DNA of 63,913 nt, filler included, from Octopus bimaculoides (taxonomy: Eukaryota): NCBI RefSeq assembly GCF_001194135.2. It is 4 parts of 3 records of this genome, joined end to end, with 100 filler letters (N's around TTAATTAATTAA, not from the genome) between each part and the next. Parts side by side here need not be neighbours in the genome. Positions count along the whole stretch, not along the records: positions 1 to 15,210 come from NC_068986.1; positions 15,311 to 45,261 come from NC_068986.1; 2 more parts are not named here. One strand, given 5' to 3'. Below, one piece after another: positions 10,975 through 24,438 of this stretch. How positions within the stretch are numbered: position 1 is the first letter of the stretch; every line of letters begins with the position of its first letter. The notes beneath the pieces were generated by a model. It did not search any database. It saw only the letters and a list, made by a program, of their open reading frames with translations, and was not told the origin of the DNA. The position numbers were made by a program, and so were the translations under genes.

Positions 10975-11155
10975 AAGGCATGAACTCTTGATGGGGGAGG
11001 CTAGTCGATTACATTTACCTCAGTACTCAACTGGTACTTATTTCATGAAAGGCAAAGTCAACCACCGCTGGATTTGAACTCAAAACGTAAAGTCGGAAGA
11101 AATGTCACTAAGCATTTTATCCGGTGTGCTAACGATTCTGCTAACTCACCGCCTT
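10975..11155 (-). mobile_element. SINE family C, inverted diverged copy
   Basis: tcgattacatttacctcagtactcaactggtacttatttc..gaaaggcaaagtcaacc..atttgaactca...ctaactcaccgcct. Confidence 0.7.
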
Positions 11156-12423
11156 TCTTTGTATTAATATAAAACGTCCTTTTGTAATACTAAGGGCACA
11201 GATACTTTCTCACATTTGAGTTGAACATCTCGTTTCTGTGTTCAAATTTACTTTACCAATTTTTGTTGTTTTTTTCTTTTACTCTTGTCCTTTAGTCAGG
11301 AGGTACAGCAGGACTCGTGGTATGTTACTTGATCTCCAAGAATTGAGGACAGTTTCCTGGGACAGGAAATCTGGCCCGAATTCTTAAAAACAGAACGGAC
11401 TCCGTTAAAGGCATACAAGGTTCATAGTGATGGTTTTTAGACCGAGAGACAGATTAAGTCTGCCACCTACATAGGCCATGGCTGAATTTGAACTTAGACC
11501 ACAAAAATCCGGAACAACTGCCACAAGGCATCTGGTGGGGCGTTTTCAAATCACCGCCTTGGACTGGTAACATTTTATCGAAGGTTTAAAAGGCAAATTT
11601 GAACTCAGAGCACAGATAGTTGCAAAAAATACAGCGAAACATTTTCTCCGATGTTTTAACAACTGTGAAATATTCGGCAGAATTATGATCAAAGGCGTTC
11701 CAACTGTGACCATCACATCTTTTGTTCGATACATAGTGTGGTACGACAATACCTTCTGTGTCGCTCAAAATGTTTAAGATGCTACAAAGTGAGTTGAAAG
11801 AGACTTAACTACTGTTTCTACCAAGCACAAATGACATCGTAGACGTTCCGCCACTTAAAGTCGAGACAATAAAAAGGAATAATGTCATGGGGTGAATATA
11901 GTTTAGTTATGTTATCAACTCTTGCTTTATATTTTCTTCATAAAAATCATTTTATTCTATCTGACCAAACGCCAAACAATAAGTAATGAGAGAGCTTTAA
12001 CGCGATCGTTACATTGGTTAGACAGAGCAACTAAATCTCCCTTCAAATCATGCCCTGTCTGTCTTTAGAAAAGATGTATTGAATAATGTAACCCAGGATC
12101 CCCTAAAAATAAGTAAAGACGGAAGGGTCACAGGTGAAATATCTTTGAAGTTAGATCTGCTCAATCAGATTTGATTGAACGACAACAAAACAAGTAAGTT
12201 TGTTGGTGAAACGGGCCCTCTGAGATTTCAGTCTCCAATTCAAACTATGGCACTGATACTGTTTCCCAAAGTTCATTCCGAGGAACTTCTGGATTAAATG
12301 GAAAAAAAATCTGAGGTTCAGCAAAATGACTTTCAATAAACCTAATAAAAACTTATTCTAAACAAATACTATTCGCCATTTTCAAAATAAGTTATGTTGT
12401 TAGTGTATATGTGAATGTGGATA

Positions 12424-12497
<74 letters not shown>

Positions 12498-13402
12498 NNN
12501 NNNNNNNNNNNNNNNNNNNNNNNNNNNNNNNNNNNNNNNNNNNNNNNNNNNNNNNNNNNNNNNNNNNNNNNNNNNNNNNNNNNNNNNNNNNNNNNNNNNN
12601 NNNNNNNNNNNNNNNNNNNNNNNNNNNNNNNNNNNNNNNNNNNNNNNNNNNNNNNNNNNNNNNNNNNNNNNNNNNNNNNNNNNNNNNNNNNNNNNNNNNN
12701 NNNNNNNNNNNNNNNNNNNNNNNNNNNNNNNNNNNNNNNNNNNNNNNNNNNNNNNNNNNNNNNNNNNNNNNNNATATATATGGCAGTTAACACTTCCAAA
12801 AGATTCTAGTACTTATCCCAGCATTTAAATGAACTTGAACGTACGCATTCATCTGCTCTGCCCCCAAATTTGTGACAAGACGTTCGCAGTAGAACACGAA
12901 CGCAAGACATGTGTTCACCGGGATTTTTCAATACTCATCTCATCCTCTGGGCCTTTTCGCTTGCCATTATCGGTCGGTTGTTCGTCGCCTTTTATAAACC
13001 GCATTCATTCACCTTAACAGTTATCTTTAATCAATATCATCAAACACTTACGTATGTTTGATTTGGCTTACTTTTTCTATGAATCAATTAGAAATCTTCA
13101 AATACGACCAAAAAGATAGGTATATAGAGTGAGAGAGAAAGAGAGAGAGAGAGAGATGTGCTTGATATATTGATAGCCTTGTTTGCTTTTGTTTGTTTTC
13201 TTTAGTTTTTTTTGTGGTGGTAGTGGTGGTGGTGGTGGTGGTGGGGTTAGTAATAGTCATCGTCGTTGTCGCTGGTAATCGAATAATGTTTATTATTCAC
13301 TATCTGATATTGAATAATGATAAACATGAAAACAATACAAGTAGCAATAAGCTTTCATCTCCCCCATAATAATAGTTTGATTAAAGATATTTAAGAATAT
13401 GA

Positions 13403-13419
13403 TGGTGTTGATGATGATA

Positions 13420-13480
<61 letters not shown>

Positions 13481-13507
13481 CGGCGGCGGCGGCGGCGGTG
13501 GCGGCGG
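13403..13507. repeat. (GAT)n then (GGC)n triplet repeat abutting a gap
   Basis: Direct reading. Confidence 0.95.
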
Positions 13508-13942
13508 NNNNNNNNNNNNNNNNNNNNNNNNNNNNNNNNNNNNNNNNNNNNNNNNNNNNNNNNNNNNNNNNNNNNNNNNNNNNNNNNNNNNNNNNNNNNN
13601 NNNNNNNNNNNNNNNNNNNNNNNNNNNNNNNNNNNNNNNNNNNNNNNNNNNNNNNNNNNNNNNNNNNNNNNNNNNNNNNNNNNNNNNNNNNNNNNNNNNN
13701 NNNNNNNNNNNNNNNNNNNNNNNNNNNNNNNNNNNNNNNNNNNNNNNNNNNNNNNNNNNNNNNNNNNNNNNNNNNNNNNNNNNNNNNNNNNNNNNNNNNN
13801 NNNNNNNNNNNNNNNNNNNNNNNNNNNNNNNNNNNNNNNNNNNNNNNNNNNNNNNNNNNNNNNNNNNNNNNNNNNNNNNNNNNNNNNNNNNNNNNNNNNN
13901 NNNNNNNNNNNNNNNNNNNNNNNNNNNNNNNNNNNNNNNNNN

Positions 13943-14260
13943 ACCGTGGGCAAGTGTCTTCTACTATAGCCTCGGGCTGACCAAAACCTTGTGAGTGAAT
14001 TTGGTAGACGGAAACTGAAAGAAGCCCGTCATATATATATGTGTGCGCGCGCGCGTCTGTCTCCCCACCACCACCGCTTGGCAACCGATGCTGGTGTGCT
14101 TATGTCCCCGTAAACTTAGCAGTTCGGCAAAAGGGACCTATTGAATAAGTACCAGGCTTACAAAGAATAAGTCCTGGGGGGGGGGTCGGTTTGTTCGACT
14201 AAAGGCGGTGCTCCAGCATGGCCGCAGTCAAATGACTGAAACAAATAAAAGAATATATAA
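13943..14260 (+). mobile_element. SINE family B, 3' two-thirds
   Basis: gggcaagtgtcttctactatagcctcggg...aaagaagcccgtc...cggtgctccagcatggccgcagtcaaatgactgaaacaa. Confidence 0.9.
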
Positions 14261-14454
14261 AGCAGTATTCGCGCCAAGCAATATTGAAGCATAGGCGAAC
14301 TTTAAGTTAGCTAAACTATGTTTGCGACATATTGCTAAAAGCAAACTCATTGTAGTTACTGTGGAGAAAAGAATTCTCTCTTATGGCAAAAGGTGTAAAA
14401 ACAACCTGACCGACTCTGTCATATCTTGCTTTATATTCTACAGATGCTAAGACT

Positions 14455-15210
14455 CTACACCCTTAGATTAGATGGTCTATAATTTCAATCTCATCGTTAC
14501 AGAATCGGCATTGTGGGTCAGCTTCATTTTTTATCACATTGGCTTGGTAGTTCCGGGTTAAGAAGCTTTGGTCTTGAGCAGCTAATATGAAACCTTCACT
14601 CTCTGCTTTTAGCCCTGAGCTTCGTAACCAGTGATGTGTGTGTTTCTGGTCGACATCAGCTTGTTTACTACGGGCCACATACTTGCCATGCAGAGGTTTC
14701 TGTTCTTATCTGCTAGCTAATTTTTCATGTGCTTTCGTCTTTGCCATTAATTTTATTTTCTTTGCAACAGCAGTTGGTGAATTTCCTTCAACCTGATCAA
14801 TCTGTTAGGTATCTAAGAGATCAGTAGCGAATCTTTTGCTCTCTTTCAGGATAGAGTGAAGTGTTTTCGGTCTTTCATGTTTTTCAACAAGTTTCAGCAT
14901 CCAATCGTTGGTTGTTTCAAGGTATTCGGCCAGTCCGATTGTGGTGGTTTTGTACGTAAGCTCAAGCTGGATCTAGCCTTGACATCTCTGAGCTCTGGGA
15001 AGGTAAAGACGATCCACGTCTGCCTTTGGATGGTGCATCTTATTACAAGTCAGTAACTTGCGGATTTTTCTATCAATTTTTCATTATTTCACTGGTATTC
15101 CAGTTAAGCACATTGAAGCTATAAAGAACAACTGGGACTGCTGAGGAATTTATGGCTAACACTTTATTATATGCATTCAGCTCAGACTTCAGAACTGCTC
15201 GAACTCTTCT
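14455..15210 (-). pseudogene. R4/Dong-like (RLE-class) non-LTR retrotransposon fragment, post-RT to CCHC zinc knuckle
   Basis: Minus frames: RRVRAVLKSELNAYNKVLAIN..AVPV.LYSF..LNW...DRKIRKLL...MHHPKADVDRLYLPR and WLRSSGLKAESEGFILAAQDQS..TRNYQ...CRFC...E.IDHL. Confidence 0.85.
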
Positions 15211-15254
15211 NNNNNNNNNNNNNNNNNNNNNNNNNNNNNNNNNNNNNNNNNNNN

Positions 15255-15266
15255 TTAATTAATTAA
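15255..15266. other. Artificial six-frame-stop scaffold linker TTAATTAATTAA inside a 100-bp gap (also 45306-45317 and 62717-62728)
   Basis: Identical 44N-TTAATTAATTAA-44N layout three times; the 12-mer has a stop codon in all six frames. Confidence 0.95.
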
Positions 15267-15354
15267 NNNNNNNNNNNNNNNNNNNNNNNNNNNNNNNNNN
15301 NNNNNNNNNNATATGTATGTATATACACATATGCATATATATACATATATATTC

Positions 15355-15510
15355 TGTTACCTGTTTCACTCATTAGGCGGCGGCCTTGCTAGAGCACTGC
15401 CTTCAAGCATTTTTACTTGAGACGATCGGCCCCAGTACTTATTTTATCAGTTATTTTGCTGAACTGCTATTTCAGGAGCAAGTAAACATATGAACACTAG
15501 TTGTCAAACG
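15355..15510 (-). mobile_element. SINE family B tail, diverged
   Basis: tgtttcactcattaggcggcggccttgctagagcactgcc...cccagtacttatt...ctagttgtcaaacggtgg. Confidence 0.6.
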
Positions 15511-16071
15511 GTGGAGAGCGAAAAACACAGGCAAAAAGATATATACACACACCAATATATATAATATATACATATATTATATATATATAATAGAGTTTGA
15601 ATATCTGTATGTCTGTATGTGAGCACGCGCGCGAGTGTGTGTGTATGTTCCTTATGCATTCCAAAACCGAGTTGCGGATTTTGACATATGGGGTTCAAAA
15701 GATTCAGTAAGCTTTTGGCTACCAACTAAACTTTATTTTCGTTTATATATTTGCCTTATAAAAATTTGACATTATAATATTTCTATCAGTCACCTATCAT
15801 AAACGACATTTTATACCACCACCCCTACGACAACGTCACATTTTTTCTATGAGTGTATTCGCTCATTCGTTATGTACGTTAGGCCGATAACTGACAAGTA
15901 TATATGTGTGACGGTGTATGTGTCTGTCACTATACATACATTTTTGTGACGACTGACACAGATACACACACATACATCTAAAGACAGAGACAGAAACACG
16001 CAGAGACAGAGATAGGCTTGAGGTGTGCTTTAATGTATGCCAGTATGTGTCTTAGTATATGTATGTAACTT

Positions 16072-16104
<33 letters not shown>

Positions 16105-16731
16105 CATATATATATATATATANNNNNNNNNNNNNNNNNNNNNNNNNNNNNNNNNNNNNNNNNNNNNNNNNNNNNNNNNNNNNNNNNNATATGTATATAT
16201 ATATATTATAATATTAGAGAATGTATTTATGTATGTATGTATGTATTATATATATGTGCGTATATATATGTATATGCATATATATATGTATAGATATAGA
16301 TATATACATACACACACACACACATACACACACACACACACACAGACACACACACACACACACATACACACACATAGGTGTAGATGTGTTGTAAGTTGTA
16401 AATTAACGATTCGAGAATAAGAGAAAAACAAAACATTTATCACACTGAAATAATGGTTTATGTATTGATATCGATTTGAAAACAAACACCTGACCACGTT
16501 TTGGTACACTTATTATCGGAAGGAAAAATATATATGGTCGTTTAAGACTTTATGAATATTTGTATTATTAATGAAATAGAGAGCAATGTGGAATTGCGAA
16601 AATCACTAAGTAATTAATCACAGCTAAAATAAATTTTCGAAATGAGTCTCAAATTCTGCTGTCACGATTTTACTCTCGTGTATACAACACCTCTCCTATA
16701 AATTTACAAATTCCACAACAAATGTTAATTT

Positions 16732-16955
16732 TTAACTCCTTAACATTCGGATTATTCTGCCAAATGTAATGGTTATTCATTCATATTGTTTTCAATTAAG
16801 CATGCATAATCTCATAGCTTCAGGATTTCAAAGATGTGACTGCTTCTTTTTAGAATGATATTGCATGGTAAGTATGAGAGGCCAGATCTGATTGGTTTGA
16901 ACATAAAACAGGTAGAATATTTTGGTCAGATCTGGTTGGTTTAAACCCTGAAGGG
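16732..16955. mobile_element. Degenerate short MITE, possibly TTAA/piggyBac-type
   Basis: Begins ttaa-ctccttaacattc and ends ...tttaaaccctgaaggg; internal direct repeat cagatctg.ttggttt.aac; class assignment from recall only. Confidence 0.3.
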
Positions 16956-16983
16956 ATATTACTGTATGATTAGCATTTAAAAA

Positions 16984-17320
16984 TATGCGTGGCTGTGTAG
17001 TAAAAAGTTTGCTTCGCAACCATATGGTTCCGACTTCAGTCCCACTGCGTTGCACCTTGGGTAGAAGTCTTCTACTTTAACGTCGAACTGATCAAAGACT
17101 TGCGAGTGTGTATGTATGCGTGTGTGTGTACCCCAGCGCTGGGGTTTGCGTGTTTACATCCCCTTCGCTAAGCAGTTCGAGAAAAGCAACCAATAAAGTA
17201 AGCACCAAGCTTTAAAGGATAAAAAAAGTACTGGGGTCGATTCGTTCGACTAAAATCCTTCACGGCGGTGCTCCAGCATAGCTGCATTCTTATGACTGCA
17301 ACAAGTAAAAGATAAAATAT
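16984..17320 (+). mobile_element. SINE family B, diverged full-length
   Basis: gcgtggctgtgtagtaa..tttgcttcgcaaccatatggttcc..cagtcccactgcg...ggcggtgctccagcatagc..atgactgcaacaagtaaaaga. Confidence 0.8.
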
Positions 17321-17741
17321 AAGCTAATTTTTGAATTTCTTTTTATAATATTGTTTCTGCCATTGAAATTTGGTAAATCAATAATATCTAATAAGTAATC
17401 CGTGTTATAATACTTTATCGATATCATGCTAACAGTTGGAGATAATCATCTGCAATTTATATAAGATTTAGGGGAAATGATTTTTAAAGTACATTTTCTT
17501 TAAAATTAATTGTAATAACATTAATTTACAGTATTAATTAAACTAGAATTTGTAAATTTGTAGTACGGTTATTGATATAATCATTAATTAACAAAAATTA
17601 ATAATCATGGTAATAATTCATAAATTAAAATTACTTTGAAATTTAAACCTTTCTTTAGATACAGCCATTTTAAATCATATAGCCTTTTTTCAATACCTTT
17701 TTTGGACGACGATGATGATGATGATGTTCATGACGACGATC

Positions 17742-17783
<42 letters not shown>

Positions 17784-18068
17784 NNNNNNNNNNNNNNNNN
17801 NNNNNNNNNNNNNNNNNNNNNNNNNNNNNNNNNNNNNNNNGAGGAGGAGGAGGAGGAGGAGGAGGACAACAAATTAGCATTTTAATTATCTTTTATTTCT
17901 TATAGTCATCTGACTGCGGTCATGCTGGAGCGTTGCCCTGAAGGGTTTGGTCGAACAAATCTACCCTAGTATGCATTATTGACTTCTGGACTTTTATGCC
18001 CAACAGCCAAGTTACAGGGAAATTATCAGAGCAACACTCGTTGTAAAGCAAGTGGGTTTAAACTCTCT

Positions 18069-18141
<73 letters not shown>

Positions 18142-18871
18142 CGTTGTTATTATGCAAAAGTGTCGTTGTTTTTTTTAGAAAACGAAAAAATAGTTTCACC
18201 ATTCCATAGCAAAACCCTTCTACTACACTTAGATAATTTTTAATAACTTGGGCATCTGAAGCAACTGGAGATACGATAGTCTGACCAAAATAACCGGTTA
18301 ATGCAAGCAAAAATAAAATTGAAAATCACGCATTTGGCCAAATTTGGACATACAACAGTTAAATATAATAGCAACACAGCGTTCAGTATCTCATCTCATT
18401 CGGCTTTACGGCCCATAACATTTGTTTTCCCCTGTGTTGGTTTCTGTTTGCCATTTTGGAATCCTCGGCATAGCAGGTTTTACTTAATTTGCTTTGCGGG
18501 AAGAGCGCGTTCTGCCTAGGTTAGAATAGAGGCAGCTGATGAAGGAAAAGTTCCATATGTGGCTTGTCTGTTTTCCTATGTGTTCATTCTGTTATCCGTA
18601 AAAAACGTTCGATTTTTGTGCTTTGTTTATGTTCCCGTTCTTTTTTTTGTCCACGTTTTTTTGACGCCCTGTACCCGGATATGCATCTATATATACATGT
18701 ATATGTAGGTATGTACATATATGTATGTATATATGCATATGCTCACATATAATTTGCATTATATATATGACTTGAGACGTTTTCCTTGCCTTAATGTTTG
18801 CTGTCTTGTTTAACAAATATATATATTTTTATTTTTATATATATATTTATATATATATATANNNNNNNNNN

Positions 18872-18912
<41 letters not shown>

Positions 18913-21117
18913 ACACTCACTCGCAAGGCAGTAGAAAATTCATAAAATTCACTTATTTACTTATTTGTAACTTCTTTCGATTTATCCCCCAATTTTCTCC
19001 ATTTAATTATGATGATGACGAGGAGGAGAAAGAAGAGGTGGAGGAATAGGGGTGGGAAGAAGAAGAGGTGGAAGAAAAGGATTTATAGAATCTACACACA
19101 AACTGTAATGTAACCCATGTTATGTTTTTATGTTTATTCGATGGTTTAAATTGCTTCCATTGCTACATTGGTTTAGTTTATAATATTTATTTCCTATACT
19201 CGCACTCCCAAACTCCCAATTTTTCTCACCATTAACTGTCCTAAGGCAATGACCCTTGACAGATCAATATTTATCTATTTCAATTCTCATTCTAACTAAA
19301 GGCCAATTAATTCAATCCTAACCTTAGTATTACACGATTTGCATCACCTACCCGCTACACCCATTCATTACAGAATGAGATAGTTCATATTCTAGTGACC
19401 GAAACGTGTCACAGACAAATGTGATTAAACACAACCCTACGACTAATACAACGTGACACGCATCATATAACTGCAACATTTAACTGCACAGAAATGAATT
19501 CATAACAAAAGGGAATATGACGAGAGAGTAGTCACACATCTACCAGTGTCTCTTTTATAAAGTGTGTGAGTATACAGAGGTATAAGTGTGAAAGAGAGAA
19601 AGAGTGTGTGTCTGTGTGTTATATATGTGTGTGTATGTATGCATATATATATATATATATATATAAACGCAGAGAAGAGAGAGAGAGGCACCAACAGACA
19701 GACAGATGCAGATAAACAATGGGAGAGAGAAATACCTTAATAGACAGATAGAATGAATATGTGGTAGAGAGAGAGTAAGACAGACAGATCGATAGATAGA
19801 TAGATAGATAAGAAAAGATAGATAGATAAGATAAGATAGATAGATATGTATTTTTATATACAATTACATATCCGAATTCGTAAACAAGATCTCGTGAATC
19901 AATAATGAGAGATTAAAATATATAAAATACATTTATGTTTGCGCACACATATATTTATGTATCTTTTGCATGTATGTCCATACGTATAACGCTATGTGTG
20001 TATATATTTGTATGTACACATCTATTGAAATATTCAGACTCATATATTTATGAAATTAATATTTAATATTTTATTATCCCCATAAATATATATATATTCA
20101 CGTAATGTAGAAAGTTTCATTTCTACATATAAAAATGTCCCTTGACTCGTCCAGCTGTAAATATACATACATANNNNNNNNNNNNNNNNNNNNNNNNNNN
20201 NNNNNNNNNNNNNNNNNNNNNNNNNNNNNNNNNNNNNNNNNNNNNNNNNNNNNNNNNNNNNNNNNNNNNNNNNNNNNNNNNNNNNNNNNNNNNNNNNNNN
20301 NNNNNNNNNNNNNNNNNNNNNNNNNNNNNNNNNNNNNNNNNNNNNNNNNNNNNNNNNNNNNNNNNNNNNNNNNNNNNNNNNNNNNNNNNNNNNNNNNNNN
20401 NNNNNNNNNNNNNNNNNNNNNNNNNNNNNNNNNNNNNNNNNNNNNNNNNNNNNNNNNNNNNNNNNNNNNNNNNNNNNNNNNNNNNNNNNNNNNNNNNNNN
20501 NNNNNNNNNNNNNNNNNNNNNNNNNNNNNNNNNNNNNNNNNNNNNNNNNNNNNNNNNNNNNNNNNNNNNNNNNNNNNNNNNNNNNNNNNNNNNNNNNNNN
20601 NNNNNNNNNNNNNNNNNNNNNNNNNNNNNNNNNNNNNNNNNNNNNNNNNNNNNNNNNNNNNNNNNNNNNNNNNNNNNNNNNNNNNNNNNNNNNNNNNNNN
20701 NNNNNNNNNNNNNNNNNNNNNNNNNNNNNNNNNNNNNNNNNNNNNNNNNNNNNNNNNNNNNNNNNNNNNNNNNNNNNNNNNNNNNNNNNNNNNNNNNNNN
20801 NNNNNNNNNNNNNNNNNNNNNNNNNNNNNNNNNNNNNNNNNNNNNNNNNNNNNNNNNNNNNNNNNNNNNNNNNNNNNNNNNNNNNNNNNNNNNNNNNNNN
20901 NNNNNNNNNNNNNNNNNNNNNNNNNNNNNNNNNNNNNNNNNNNNNNNNNNNNNNNNNNNNNNNNNNNNNNNNNNNNNNNNNNNNNNNNNNNNNNNNNNNN
21001 NNNNNNNNNNNNNNNNNNNNNNNNNNNNNNNNNNNNNNNNNNNNNNNNNNNNNNNNNNNNNNNNNNNNNNNNNNNNNNNNNNNNNNNNNNNNNNNNNNNN
21101 NNNNNNNNNNNNNNNNN

Positions 21118-21150
<33 letters not shown>

Positions 21151-22011
21151 TACACACATACATAATTACTTTCAGCTTCTCAAAAGTGCTGAATACATTT
21201 AATAGGCCAACCTCCATCATTTGAAATCTGGTAACAATAATCAATACAAGTTTTGCAAGTAGCAAAACAACAAAAATCTGAGCATCAACAGCATTTTGTT
21301 TATAAACAAGAACAACCAAAACAACTTCCCCATGAATCACAGTACGGACAAAATGCATAAAATAAAATAAAGCCAGATATCAAAAACACTAACAACAAAA
21401 TAATCAAGAGTGTTTAAACATATCAATGAAAACAGGAGATATATCATGTAAGTGCGAAAAAACACACATGCAGAAATTAAACTTGCTGTCATTGAAATAA
21501 CGGAGATACACACAACGACAGAAAAACAATGAATCGGGTGGAAACACACTTTTAAAAGCAAATATGTTGACGGCGTTGTTGTTGCAATTTTGTCCTTCAT
21601 TAGCATTATGTGGAGGGCATATTGTCTACGACACATAAACTATTTGGAATTTTTGAAAACGTGATGCTGTTTGTCTATTGTCTTTCGTTTAGCTTTATTC
21701 GTATTTCTGTATTTCTGGGGGGGTTTTTTTCACTTTATTTATATTATGTTTGACCGTAGGTTTGTACTTATATATTTCTCACAATATAAACATTTAATAA
21801 GCATGTAGTATACAGACAGACATACAGACAGAAAGACAGACAGACAGATAGATAGACAGACAGACAGATATACAGACAGATGTTCATTCAAATACATAAA
21901 TGAGCAAATATATATTCATATTTATTTGAATATCTATTTGAATACGCAGAATATTACCTACTTTCATACAAATGGAAATAAGCACATACAATTGTATGAG
22001 GTGGGGTATAT

Positions 22012-22077
<66 letters not shown>

Positions 22078-22187
22078 GTGTGCGCGTGTGTGTGTACGTG
22101 TGTTTGTGTGTGCAGAAAATGGAAGTCAGCTAGTTATCAAGCTGGATAAATAGTTAACAAGACAGACAGACAGACAAACAGACATAC

Positions 22188-22238
<51 letters not shown>

Positions 22239-22523
22239 CAGAGAGATAGACAGGGAGAAAGCGAGTGAGGGAGAGAGAGACTGGTAGGGATAAAATTTGA
22301 TTTATCTATTCAGACAAACATGCTACAATCGCAATTATTTAAACAGAATTTTCATTTTATTTTCATTTTATCTAGTTTCAGCTCATGAACTTTTAATAAT
22401 AAATGTGCATATAATCTGCGGATGAAGTTTGTAATATAAAACGCGTTTTGTTTCCTTCGAAAACCCATCCAGGACTACATATTTCCTGATAATTATATGT
22501 ATATTTGGAGAATAACATACATA

Positions 22524-22981
22524 CCATAAATCCTTGAGTATAATACGCAGGGGATTTTTAGGGGGCTGTACCTCTGGAAAACCTAAAACTTGTGTATAAT
22601 ACACACCCCTTCTCTAACTTGAGTCAAGGAGGTCTATATAACGTTCTTGGTTTGTAAATGTATATACGGTAACGTCCTTTATTATTATTGTATATATAAC
22701 ATAATGCAAACGTGTAGCTTTTTTGTGCACTTCTTTGCAGAAAATAAAGAAATAACAGTGAAAAATAAATATTAAGTAAATTACCTTTACATATTTATCA
22801 CTATCAGTTACAAGCCCGACATCACAAAATGCGTCTGAATAAACATTGCCAGACAGCGAATAGAGATTCGGATATTGCTTAGAAAATATCATTCATTTTT
22901 AACCTCGTATATAGTACGCACTAGGAATTTTGACATTTAAATCTTGGGGGAAAAATGCGGATTATACTCGAGGATTTACTG
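22524..22981. mobile_element. Non-autonomous Tc1/mariner-superfamily MITE (pogo/Tc2-like termini)
   Basis: TA|CCATAAATCCTTGAGTATAATACGCA ... reverse complement of the right end TA|CAGTAAATCCTCGAGTATAATCCGCA; TA duplication on both sides. Confidence 0.75.
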
Positions 22982-23184
22982 TAATACGCTATCGTTATGG
23001 AAATAGGAAAAGGTTACACCTAAATGTAAAATGGTAGCCTTAAGAATATAAAAGATTGAGGAGTAAACTGAGAATTATAGATAAATAAATCAGAAATACA
23101 TGAAAATATGAAAATAGACAAGAAAAATAATACGTTCAGATAAAAATGTTATGAAAGGTTAACTTGTAGTTGAAATTTCGAGAA

Positions 23185-23345
23185 GGCACAGACGTAGTTA
23201 CGAAGATTATCTTAAACCACGTGGTTCGAAGTGCAAACCCACTGGGTGGCATCTTGGGCAAGTGTTTTCTACTATATTCTCGGGTCGACGAATGCCTTAG
23301 AAATGACTTTGGTAAACACAAACTGTGTGAAAACCCATCTTTTAC
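23185..23345 (+). mobile_element. SINE family B, diverged 5' half
   Basis: aaccacgtggttcgaagtgcaaacccactgggtggcatcttgggcaagtgttttctactata. Confidence 0.65.
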
Positions 23346-23358
23346 ATACATACATATA

Positions 23359-23392
<34 letters not shown>

Positions 23393-23406
23393 CATACGTA
23401 CATACA

Positions 23407-23437
<31 letters not shown>

Positions 23438-24219
23438 GGGCGGTGGCGGTGGTGGTAGTGGTGGTGCTGCCGCTGCTGCTGGTGTTAAGGATGAAGAACA
23501 TGATGAAGACGATCAATTAGGAATACGAATAACAATGTTTGTATGTGTGCGTGTTTGGGTGTGTGTGTGTGTGTGTGTGAGTTTGTGGTGGGTACGTCTT
23601 TCTTCGCAGAGTGGCTAAAAGATAATGTTGATAAACAATGAGCATTCCCCTCGGGAACCATTATGATATTTAAACGGACAGTTCCTTAATCAATACTACA
23701 ATAGTTGCCCTCAAACATAAATATACATATGTGGGTGTATACATGAACACCAAACACCTCCACTTGCAATTACTGATCATAATATGCTACTGTGTTTCTA
23801 AGTATGTGTATTCATATTTATGTTATATATATATATATATNNNNNNNNNNNNNNNNNNNNNNNNNNNNNNNNNNNNNNNNNNNNNNNNNNNNNNNNNNNN
23901 NNNNNNNNNNNNNNNNNNNNNNNNNNNNNNNNNNNNNNNNNNNNNNNNNNNNNNNNNNNNNNNNNNNNNNNNNNNNNNNNNNNNNNNNNNNNNNNNNNNN
24001 NNNNNNNNNNNNNNNNNNNNNNNNNNNNNNNNNNNNNNNNNNNNNNNNNNNNNNNNNNNNNNNNNNNNNNNNNNNNNNNNNNNNNNNNNNNNNNNNNNNN
24101 NNNNNNNNNNNNNNNNNNNNNNNNNNNNNNNNNNNNNNNNNNNNATATATATAAACCTACACACACGTAAATGTGTTTATATATGTATGCATACACACAC
24201 ACACACACACATCGATCTA

Positions 24220-24263
<44 letters not shown>

Positions 24264-24299
24264 AATGCGCATATTTTCTATTTTTTCTCACTGTTTATT

Positions 24300-24425
24300 T
24301 CTGTGTTTGTTTCTGTCGAAGAGCGTAGGCTCGAAACGTAAAAGACTTTCACTTCCCGAGCGTTAAACTAATACCCCTGTGTATTGTATACACACCCATC
24401 TTCGTCTTTTGCTTTTTTTTTTGTC
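24300..24425 (+). mobile_element. PLE-like terminal repeat fragment with non-canonical HHR-like motif
   Basis: tttCTGTCGA-A-GAG cgtagg CTC-GAAA-CG-TA-AAAGAC-tttcacttcccgagcgttaaactaatac. Confidence 0.5.
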
Positions 24426-24438
24426 AATTCTCACTATA

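Noticed and set aside
15255-15266. Palindromic TTAATTAATTAA islands inside gaps (three times)
   Set aside because: Synthetic six-frame-stop spacer added during scaffolding; not biology
18530-18575. CTGATGA-A-GGAA aag TTCC hammerhead-like start
   Set aside because: GAAA core and stem I partner are missing; at most a dead remnant
19370-19415. CGAAACGTGTC resembling an HHR 3' half
   Set aside because: No upstream CUGANGA core
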